From Tubiluchus corallicola (lineage: Eukaryota; Animalia; Priapulida): a stretch of 64,000 nucleotides of DNA. Made by a program: the position numbers and the translations under genes. This document shows positions 14,101 to 26,100 of this stretch, piece after piece (position 1 is the stretch's first letter; every line of letters starts with the position of its first letter). The DNA lies in assembly GCA_030141605.1 (NCBI GenBank), contig JAQGDQ010000442.1, forward strand, positions 124,001 to 188,000, given 5' to 3'. The notes under the pieces were generated by a model. That model made no database searches and was not told where the DNA came from. It worked only from the letters and a program-made list of their open reading frames with translations.

Positions 14101-17100
14101 GTGGCCATTTTAACAATAAGTCATTTGAAACAAATTTAGATGGCATTGAGTAAAGTTTGAAAAATAATGAGGGCATTCCTAACACAAATAAAACTCTTTG
14201 CTAATTAAACAAAAGTACAAACAACTGTACATTGTCAATAAGCTCAACAATGTGTTTTTGGTGAATCGTTTGTGCACACTAAGATGACGATGGAGTGACG
14301 TTTTACACGGTGACACGAATTCTCTTTCCAATTACATAAGTCTTTAAAAACAGGTAAGCGTAAAGCTAAGAAATTTACAAAAATTTTTTGCGACGTACTT
14401 TAAAATTCTTCTCCTTTAAGAGAAATCATCTTTAAAATTATTCAACCGAGATACTTAGAATGATTTTGCTCGGAAAAGCACAGACTTGACATTACTTGTT
14501 CACAATGGTTGCTTAGTAATGGCGGAGTACAAGTAGGTTTTTTGACAACTACAGTAGTACCACTGTTTAACGCCATAATTCGTTCCTCAAAGGTGTTTGA
14601 AAACCGATATGGTTGAGTACCGAATCATTTATTCTCATAAGAAATAATGTAAAAGCAAATAATCCGTTCTCAAGTACCAAATGAACACTAAAGTATTACT
14701 TAAACGAAATATAATAATGCAAAAATGTTTATTCAAACAGTAGATATGATATAATTGATAAGAAAAACATAAAAAAATACTTTGAAAGAAAAACATAATT
14801 GTTAAAGCATGGCTAGGAAGTGGCATGCCATCACTGGCCCAATTAAGGTTTGCCTTTATGCCAGTATTACCAGAATGAGCCGTAATAAAGCCAGAACTGG
14901 CCCATAGCTACTAAATTGTGGACCTCTCTTTTTTCACAAGAAATATCAACAACTCTGTCTACATGTACAAAAAAGCAAATACCACTTGAATGTAATGCAC
15001 TCGGCCAACTAGACAGCTAAAATCGATACACAATAACACATCTTGATCCTTTTTCTTATTTCTGGTTCTTTAATCGAAACTAAATCTAATCACTGACATG
15101 ATTTGACAGATGTTGTGTGAGAAAAATTCCCCGAGCATAGAAGCTTATCACACGCTCAACCTTTCTGCTGGGCTGTATAACAATGTTTGGTATTGTTCTT
15201 ATCAATTCAAAATCCTAATAGTGTAATCCACACTCTACTGCCAGATACGTATACTCATAGATCAGTGGTTCCCAACCTTTTCCTTGCCAAGTACCCCTTC
15301 TAAATGTGGCGATCTTCAGCGTACCCCCACCTGATATTTTTCAACAAATCGTTTGAAAAACCAGTTTCCAGAAAACAACGATTAATATTATCGACATTTT
15401 TTTATTTTAACTTTTTTTGAAAACATGAATTTTATCACTGATTATTAAGAAATACGCAATTTGAACAACTTTCTCAAATATGAAAACATCAATACAAGGA
15501 AACGCGATCTTCACAGCAGTCATAATTAATGATCACGCTGTTCTTGATGATTATCAACAAGTTTTTTGATATCAGGTTTAATTGTTGATATTGCGACTCG
15601 CATGTCGCTCCTCAAATCCAAACGGTTTCTTGCCTACGTCTTCAAATGTAGCATTGCACTGAAGCCTAGTTCACATTTGTATGTTGTCACAAATGGAACC
15701 AACAGCTCGAAAGCCGCAATTTTCAGTCCATTGAAGTCTGCACCTAGCTGTGTCCAGAACTTCTCTAGTGACGTGGTCTTGAACTTCATCTATATCGCGA
15801 TGCAACAACTTGGTGTATTTTACCCTTTTCACCGGCTACAGAAAGAAAAAAATGTGTCGATCTGACACACCTTCTGCGTACCCCTGGCATTGCTGTTGCG
15901 TACCCCCCGGTTGGGAACCACTGTCATAGACATAGTACTCGCCACCATCGAAAACACCCCTTACATAAATACAGAACTGAGATACAAAAACAGTTCTACT
16001 CGAATTGGTTTATTTATCTTCATCTACTTCTAAATTTATCCCGTTGTACCTTTTTCACAATGTTTTTACCTGGAAAACGTTGTTCATATGTAGCATCTCT
16101 GGCAGAAGGAAACGATATGAACAGCAACGGTACTTCAGCGTCTACAACTTGTTCTCCGGTCAAGTTTAGATAGTCTTTGCTTATGTTATCTATATCATTG
16201 CCTGAAAAAAACAACAAACCCTGAGAATTAGCACACAGAATGGGAGAAAACGGAAAGTGCAAAGAATAGACAGAGCAATCTCATAGATTTCATTCTCATA
16301 CACAAACAAACTATCATTCTGAAAAATGCTAAAATCAGTCATTAGGTATAAAGATTAGACAACGACCCAAGTTTCACTAGAGGCAAAACTTTGTCATTTC
16401 AAATGCAGAGGATCAAACAATCTCACTAAAACCTGTAGAATAATGAAAATCATTTCAATGACTACCATTTCTATTTACAGTGTTTCACACAACCAAATGA
16501 ACAGTAGTAAAAATTAAAAAAAATTATATTATTACAAAAAAATTTATTGAATCACATAAGGTAATTTAAAAAACAACATAATCGTATAACTACCAAAGTT
16601 AGTCTAAAATAGTTTGAGGATATGAAAAGAGAATGTTTAACTATGATTAGCAAGATTAACAGACCTGAGTTAATTAGCTACATGCTCTCTGGTACAGGAA
16701 AATGGAATTTGATGCATATGCAAAGAGATTTTGAGTTACAAAAGCTTAAATTTGTTTTGAATCAAAACACTGGTTGGAGCAGATTTTGTAGACGGAATGT
16801 CGGTTCTGCTTCTCGGGTTTTCCCACTCATTTTGAGTCATTGCTGGTGCATTATAGAAAGTCAGCTCTACTGAGTCAACCTCATCTTCGATATCTGCTTA
16901 AAACTGACGGAATTCTTATATATTCACTTGTTTACATAATAAATAAATGAAATTCGATTATGAAATAATGAAACAAATAAGACTTACGCATGAGTAAGTA
17001 ATGAACAAAGTAAGGCTTATATACGAGTCTTGACAAACATTATATTATGATAAAAAACAAATGTTTTATTTATATCTTACTAGTAAATGCCCAAATGTTG

Positions 17101-20100
17101 TTGGCTTTTAAACCCAGTTCTTCCTTTGTTCCTCGCAGACCCACAAACAATGACATGGCACCAACTCCGCTTTTCACTTTCTTCCGTTTAATTAAAGGAT
17201 AAATACCTGCATAAATCAAAACAGTTTGAACAGTATTGATTAAAGATAACGCACTTGAGTTGCCGCTTGAACTTGCAAGATTTTTAGCCTGCCTTGTAAC
17301 TGTGCGTCTCAACACAACTTCACTTGAAAAGGCGAATGCCTCAATGGTGTAATGGATAGCACAGGTGAAATAAACCAGCAAAAAGCTGAAGGTATTACTA
17401 TTAAGTTCATGTCTCAACAGAGGTCAAAATTTTTCACGCACAGCTGAAATAATCCAGCAAAAAACTGAAGATATTACTATTAAGTTCATGTTTCAACAGA
17501 GGTCAAAATTTTTCAGGCTTGTAATTTAATATTGCTTGTGTGTGTTTATAGGATTGATGAAGTAAATAACAAAAATTAGTACGGTGACTGAAACTGCTGG
17601 CCTCCTTTAGTCAATTTCTTTTCTCAAAGCACCATATTCTGAATTAACTCGTATCTGAGGCTTGCATACCATCAAACGTATTACATTCTAAAATTCAAGT
17701 CTTCGTTTTACAAAGTGAAAAAAAATTTAACCTGTATCAATAATGTGCTTAAAGTAACACCTTAGACAGCCTATTTATCTCAATGATGTTACCATCCTTG
17801 TCTTCTCTTATGTAATTTTCTAAGAACGTCATACTACATAATTTTCTAAGTACGTCATAGTACGTAATTTTCTAAGTACGTCATAGTACGTAATTTTCTA
17901 AGTACGTCATAATACGTAATTTTCTAAGTACGTCATAGTATGTAATTTTCTAAGTACATCATAGTATGTAATTTTCTAAGTATGTCATAGTACGTGATTT
18001 TCTAAGTATGTCATAGTATGTAATTTTTTAAGTACGTCATAGTACGTAATTTTCTAAGTACATCATAGTACGTAATTTTCTAAGTATGTCATAGTACGTA
18101 ATTTTCTAAGTACGTCATAGTACGTAATTTTCTAAGTACATCATAGTATGTGATTTTCTAAGTAAGTCATAGTAAGTAATTTTCTAAGTATGTCACAGTA
18201 CGTAATTTTCTAAGTACGTCATAGTACGTAATTTTCTAAGTACGTCATAGTACGTAATTTTCTAAGTACGTCACAGTACGTAATTTTTTAAGTATGTCAC
18301 AGTACGTAATTTTCTAAGTACGTCATAGTACGTAATTTTCTAAGTACGTCACAGTACGTAATTTTCTAAGTACGTCACAGTACGTAATTTTCTAAGTATG
18401 TCATAGTACGTAATTTTCTAAGTACGTCAAAATACATAATTTTCTAAGTACGTCGTAATACGTAATTTTCTAAGTACGAAAAATGGAGGAAGTTGATGGC
18501 TCATCATTGTTAATGTTTGTGATTATATGAACTGCAAGCTCACAGCAAAATTTTTACTGTATCATTCCAAATCACATGTATGTGACGATATGTTACTACT
18601 CTGGTAATATCTTCCGCGAGTTTTAATCTATGTTGGTCTGTACGACGTTTATTTTTTATAGTAAAATTAGATGTAACAAGTGAAAAAATAAACGTACTGG
18701 TTTTGCTTGCGATCTCAACAGGTAAAAGTCTTTGGAATGTGTTGAAGACGCCCGCATCTGAGATGACAAGAGGCGCGAAGATGTCAATATGTCCGCTCGT
18801 CTTCTTCACCTTCACGCCTGAAAATATTCACAGTTAGTAAGTGAGATGCAGTAATTTACGATGAAGCACTATTATTTTAATGAAGCCTTCTGTGGTTGAG
18901 CTAATCCTGCATTTTTTACGATGGTGTATGTTTTATGGCATAGCTTTTATTATTTTACTAAATTATCCGTGTTTTTATTATTTTCCCTTTTTTGTCATGT
19001 GCAATGCACTTTTAATCAATCAATGTGCCATGGCCTTATATATCTTACGAATTAACTTTTTTGTAATTTTGATGACCCTTTACTTGTAAGATGTAGTTGA
19101 TCATCACGTAAAATGCCTTTAAAATATTCAAAAAATTAATGTTATTGTTATTATTATTGCCAGTTAACCTAGCTACACATATGTAATGCAACACAGCTAC
19201 ACCTTTGTACTACCTTTGTTGAAAGTCGTAAATGAGGGAAAAGGTACAACTGGTATTAAACTTTTGCTTAATTAGTGAAGAGTGAGCTACCAATATTCTG
19301 TTAGATTATTATAATTTTCCTTGTCTGGTTATATAATTTCCTTTAAATCTGGATAGAGGTACTTGACCTGGTGATGATTAACTCATGGCTTGACATTGCT
19401 TCATTTTTTCGCTTCTTATGTTGGTTTGAGTTCTTGATTTATATGTAATTATTAGTTTTGTTTTTGATGAGTTTAAATTTTCCGTTTTGTTTGCTAATTT
19501 GAATTTCGTCTCTTCTCATTGCCAAATTTATTTACTGTTTCTAAATCTAAACTCATTTGAACTTGTTGACTTATTTATTTATTTTTTTTATTTTGTTTAG
19601 TTGCTGATTATTTTTATTTGTACATACCTTACTTGACAGGTCACTTAATTTTCTTCAGTTTGGATAGGGGTGGTTGACTTGGTGACCCTTGGTCTTTTCG
19701 ACACCCCGTCTCTTTTCCGTCTTTATTTTAGTTTTTAGCTTTTGTTTATCTTTATTTTGTAACATTCAGAGACAAATAAATTTTTTTACTTACTTACTTA
19801 CTTACTGTTTATTTTTCAAAATTCTGCAAAATGTTATCTAAGTTTGTTTCAATGGACTTACTGTTAAACTTGCTGCATCTAACGGTCATCGCAGGAGTTT
19901 AAATTTACAAATTTTATCCAGTCTTTTGCTTACGCAAGGCCTGTGTGCAATAAGACAACATGTAAGTGATATAAAATTTAAAAACTATTTTTAAGCTTTA
20001 TTTATGAAGAGTGTTTTCTTGTGTTTTAAAATAATGTGTCTCAGAAAAATTGTCGGATTCTCAAAGGAAATAAAGATCAAATACAAATTAAGCCATGTCT

Positions 20101-23100
20101 CTATAAGAAGAAAAAAACGCAAAATTTTGATGGGCTTCATGCAAACTTGTGTGTAAATATTGTAAAAATACAGGTGAAAACGAGTTTCTGCTCTATCGTT
20201 ATGCTGGACAAAAATAAATACAATAAACAAGTAACGTGGTACTACTGTATGGCAGTGGTTTCCAAGCTTTTTGGGTCCACAGCCCAGTTGCCTTTCTGAA
20301 TAAAATGCTCTGTCCCCATTTCAAACTGCAGTCTGCCTTGGCCAAAAATCTACGTGCATGACTTTTGGTAAAAGATAAAATATAAAGGAACAAAAATTTT
20401 ACAGAAATGGTGTTTTTGTTAGAAAACTTTAATAGTTCTTTGTACAAATCACGTTCCACTTTTTGACAAAATCTTCACTTAATTCACAAGACAGGTATAC
20501 GAAAAAATGATTCTCTCAGCACGCTACACGGTCCATTTGGAGAGTATGCCATAGCTCACTGGTTGAGAACCACTGCTGCATAGAGTAAACAATAAATAAT
20601 AATGCAAACAACAACCACATTAACACATTACTCACCCACTGCTTTGCCATTTTTGATCAATATCTGAGACACGGGAGCTCGAACCATCACCTTGCCACCA
20701 GCGCGCTCTATGCTTGGGATGATGTGGAATGCGATTTCGCTAGCTCCGCCTCTCGGATAGGAGGCACCGTAAAGAAAATGGTTGATTAGACCCGTGTGCA
20801 AGATGAAACTAACCTCGGATGGCATGGATCCTAAACAATAAGAAAGGATTAAAATTTTTGGCATTTTGCTGAAAAATATTACAAAGAAACAAGCAGTAAT
20901 AAACAGTAGGAATTTTTTTCTTACAGATTGGGACACTGCAAGCTGGGATTAGCACTCACCAACAATGTTTACCTAATGTACTGATGGTGGCAGGACCAGA
21001 ACCTGTCTTATTATCAAGGGTAATTCTCTATAATGAGGCAGTGAGTGAGGTAATACAACTGTCTAGAAGTACAGAACAAGGTGGCCACGCGTCCATTTGA
21101 TGACCAGACATGGCATTGCATAACTTTGATTAGTGAGCACACACAGTAACCACATGACTATTCACATCTCTTAAATTTGCTTGAAAAATTAAAACAAAAG
21201 TAAGACCTGCTCTTACGGAGCGACTAGCAAATGGTACATTTCGGACTAATAAAATTGCAAAAATTTTGCCAAGTGAATTATGAGTGGGTCGATAAAATAA
21301 AAACAGTTGTGCGTGTTCGTATGGCTGCAAGGAAATGACTTTACCAACCAAAAGATGCGGCTTCTTTGCAAACAAATAAATAGCAGCAGAAAAAATATAT
21401 AATCACGATTACACGATATTCAACTGTCCCACTTATTTCATTTTTAGACACAGACTTTTGACCAGTCACCTCCATACATGACAAATAAGGAAGCAGGGTT
21501 CCTACATAATTTTAAAATAAATTGCCCTGACTTTTCCTTGACCAAATATTGATTTTCCATGACCAAGATAAGCAGAAATTGTATTACCAGTATACAAATT
21601 CATACATTTTTGTGTATGGACATTCATACATATACTAATATATAATGCGTCAGCCAATCATTATGTTTGGAACAGAAATCGAAACTGGGAGCCTGCCATA
21701 GCAAAATTTTATATGAACAAATATATTGAACAAACAAAAATATGCTTGGAAAAATATCGGCTCACGGTGATTATTTTTGCAACCCTTTCCAATTTCCTTT
21801 ACTTTTCGCCCCATTTTCATCATTTTCCCTGACTTTTCCATGACTTACCAGGATAGTCTGTGTTTTCAAGCATTTTCCCTGACCGTGGGAACCTGATGAA
21901 TTCACCCTGTAGTCACGGTAGCAGAAACAGCTAGGAGGTTTTGAATAAAAATATACGCAAGTAAACTCACCATAATCTCCAAAACAGTAAGCAAGAACTG
22001 CCTGAAGGTCTTTATTATCGGTCACTTCATTCAGCACTTCGCCCAGTGATTTATTAGCATATTTAAAGTAACTGGTGAACCAGTTCATAATTCCCAATCC
22101 CATAAATATTCTTGCTAAGTATTTAGGCAAAAATTTCAATATCATCCCACCGGCAAAGCTCTTACGGCAAATCTGCAAAGCAGAATAATTGCTCATGTCA
22201 GTAAAAATAAAAATGTTCGGCGAATACTATGTACTCTTAGATATTGATTGCATTAACCCTTTCACTAGGGAAGGTGGCACACTGCTGCCTGCTTTTCATG
22301 CAAGGGACGGAAGGCGGTAGACTGCCGTCCAAGCTCAGCACCAAGCACAGTCACCTACGTCTGTTTATTTCACTGCTACGGCCCAGCAAAACATTGTAGA
22401 AAAGTTTAAGAGCCGTGGGATTGGGGTTGCTTTGCAACAATGCTAGCCAGCCAATCAGTGTCTGAAGTCAGGTGCATTCCACAATACTCTACTGCATGGT
22501 ATGTTACCATGCATAATCACTTGTAGATCGTTGATGATTTCTATTCATATACATATTCTACGATAACATATACATGCACTCATGCGCGCGCACACACACA
22601 CACACACATACACACACAAACACACACACACGCACGTGCATATCCTCATAAATACCATAAATAAGCATGTATACCTATATTTAGAAACCACTTTAATGCA
22701 ATATATAATATGCAATATGTTTAGCTGACTGGTCTGCATTCTTATAAAATGATTGCATATTATGGATTAGTACTATATCTTTTGTGAAAACTGGTTTCTA
22801 AATACAAGTATACATGCTTATTTATGAGGACCTGCACGTGTGTGTGTGTGTGTGCACATGAGTGCATGTATATGTGATCGTATGAGTAGAAATAAAACAA
22901 GTATTTAATATTATTACTCAATAGCGAACAACTATTTGGTTATTTACAACATTCTATTTTGGTAGCACACCACAAAAAGTTATTGTCAAATGTGCAAAAG
23001 TCAATGTGGTCCAGTTAAAAAGGAACTACATAGAGAAAGGGTTAAGCCATGACAAGTTAGTGATCCAAATATGCGTGCTGTTTCATTCATTGAACTAATG

Positions 23101-26100
23101 CTAATCTGTGGCTTTAGCCTATATGATAAAACAAACAGGAAATAAAAACTTTTAATGTACATAATGGAATAAAACTGCTTCCGATTCGATGTGCAATAGC
23201 TTCTTAAGTATGTCACTATGCAATGTGTTGTTGATGTCGTTTTTGCCACTTTTTTCTTGCTTTGCTGTACCCGGTGTTGTTGTCATTGTTGCTGCTGCCG
23301 CTATACTGAACTGCTGCCCTGCTGCTGCTGTTACCAAAGCCACTGTCATCACTAGCAAAAGCACCATATGTTCACTGCAACTACCAAAACTAATACCTTT
23401 AGTAAATCCATCCACTTTTCTATGGCTGCTTTCTCATCTGGAAAACTCTCAAGCAGAGAATTCCGGTAGGCATCTTTTGGACCGTTCCTCAAAGGGAAGA
23501 AACGAGATTTTCCCGGCGGTCCTAAAGCAACCTGGAAAAGGGTAAAAATGTAAGTCATTCTACGTTTCTCTAAGAAACTCGATATTTTCTCAAACTATTG
23601 AATCAGTTTATTCACTTTTGATTTATAGGGGCAAATCTAGTGTGTGCCGAGACCAAATCAAGTCTAGCCTGCAACTGTGTTTCTAACAATTATATTAAGT
23701 TGCTTTACTTTGTTGATTTTGCTCACCATAAACTTCAAAATATCTGTAAACTGGTTAATCTCATTTGCGCAAACTTAGTTATTGGCTCGTCAGGCAATAT
23801 TAAATCCACAACACATGGTAGCACAAATAATAGACATAACATATTCGTATTATTAAATTTAAAAGAGCTGTGGTATCTAAAAATAACATATTTATACAGA
23901 GGTGGCTGTTCGATGACCACTGGTCTTTCGCCAACCCGTCTCTATTTTGTTAATATAATTTACTAACTATAATTTCGAACCCTTTGTAACCCACTGAGAG
24001 AGACAAATAAAAATTTGGAATTGAATTGAATAGCCTGGCATTTCCAACAGGTATAGACCACGTACGGACTCAGAACTGGATTTGGTACGGACTCAGGCAC
24101 TACTATGCAGCCGGTGTGCAAATTTAGTAGCAAAAACAATCAGAAAAAAATGAAGAAAAAATTGCATGTGCACACACACACTTTCCATAAGAGCCAATGT
24201 AGCAAAAAACAAGAAATAATACAAAAAATAACACAAGAATGAAATAGCAAAACAACATATGAATGAAATAAGTGTAAAAAGAAGCTTAGCACAAGCAGGA
24301 AAATAGTTTGGGTTACGTTAACGTTATCCATTACTCAGCATATATTCAATACTTATGTACATAAACTTGTGTGCACAAACATAAATTTATGCATAACATT
24401 ATAACTGTGCCAGCAGTGATTTTGTTTTAATACAAGTATTGATACCACAACTTACAGTGTCATAATTATCGTCCAGGTCAGACCATTTTAATTGGCCGTC
24501 GGTGATCGAGTCCATGAGAGCTCGAAGCATTGTATCAGAGCGCATTTCTCCAATGTAGTGAATGCCTAAATACAAATAGCCATTTTATTTTTTGTAAGAA
24601 TTACGAAATAAATTTATTTACTCATCACACTCATTTAAAATATTTCAGTTTGCTTAACTACTAAGTCATGAATTTCTTTGGAGCAAAGGTTATTTCAACA
24701 GCCGATACAAAACATAGATTTTATTGCCTTTAATGATAATATTTGACAATTATTACACATTAGCTTAGAAATTCAATTAAATGCTCGTAAATGCAAACAA
24801 AAAATACGACGCCACTGCATGACTGTAAATATGGAACACAAATTCTAGACACCAAAGAGAATGATGTTGGCAAAAATATTATAGGTGATGAGTATCTTGG
24901 TCATTCCTATAAACCAGCCGTTAAGTTTGTATATCTGTAACTATGTAAAACATGAAGCAAGTCGTCTCATGAATCTTAATTACAAATCAATTATGTAGGC
25001 TATACGGTGAACTTGATACTATATCAAATTATCAGTAGCATCACATTTCAGAAACATGCCAGATAATGGACATTATCAACTGGATAATAGTTATTAGACA
25101 CTGGATGCTGGATATTGCACGCTAGGTACAGCATATTACATACCGGATACTATTGGATGCTGGATATTGAACGCTAGGTACAGCATATTACATACCGGAT
25201 ACTATTGGATGCTGGATATTGAATGCTGGATACCTGTGTCAGAATATTTCCTTACCTACGTCGAACTCAAAACCTTTCTCTATGAATGTATGGCAGCAAC
25301 CACCAGCTTGGTCGTGTTGTTCTAGAACCAGCACTTTTTTCCCAGCTCGAGCCATGAGCGACGCGGCCGCCAGACCGCCTATACCACTGCCTATGACAAT
25401 CGCATCAAGTTGCTCTGGTACCTTATCTCTCTTAAAACCTAGAATAAATTTTTTAATTAAGTATAATGAAACTCTAGGCAATAAAGTCACTCTCTTATTT
25501 TAATTACCTTAAAGTGATCTAAATGTATTTTCATAAAGGCAACAGTTCCAATCACATGGCCATTTAAAAATCACTTAGCAATATATTTTTTCATGAATTT
25601 TATTTCATAACGTAATAAATCCAGTCCATCATAAAGTGCATTACTAACTGAATTATTAAAGTTTATTTAGAATATCAGGTGTCTCAAACGTTACTATATA
25701 CATTGATTTTCATGTTTCAAGATTATCTACTTGTCCACACAGCTAACCTCAACCCTGTTTATTATCTGATAATATTAAGTAGCCACTGGCTAGTTACTGC
25801 TGGATACTAGATGCTGCATACTGAATGTGTGATTACTGGAAGCTGAATATTGAATACCGGATACTAAATACTGGATGCTGAATACTGAATGTCTGATTCT
25901 GGATATTGGATGCTGAATGCTTGATTCTGGATATTGGATGCTGAATATTGAATACTGGATACTAGACGTCGGATGCTGGATTCTGGATGGTGGATACTAG
26001 ATTTTAAATGTTGGATAATGCATACTGAACACTGAATGCTGGATGCTAAATGATGGGCACTGGATGAGCACTAGCTACTGAATGCATAGGTTGTGAATGC

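Noticed and set aside
21494-21895. Possible TIR element CAGGGTTCC...GGAACCTG with TTTTCC(A/C)TGAC repeats
   Set aside because: No TSD found and the TIR is short, so it could not be classified.
23152-23545. ORFs with signal-peptide-like or Ala/Thr-rich content
   Set aside because: They overlap RETSAT-A exon 4 and adjacent GCA/ACA-rich low-complexity intron sequence; no independent gene evidence.
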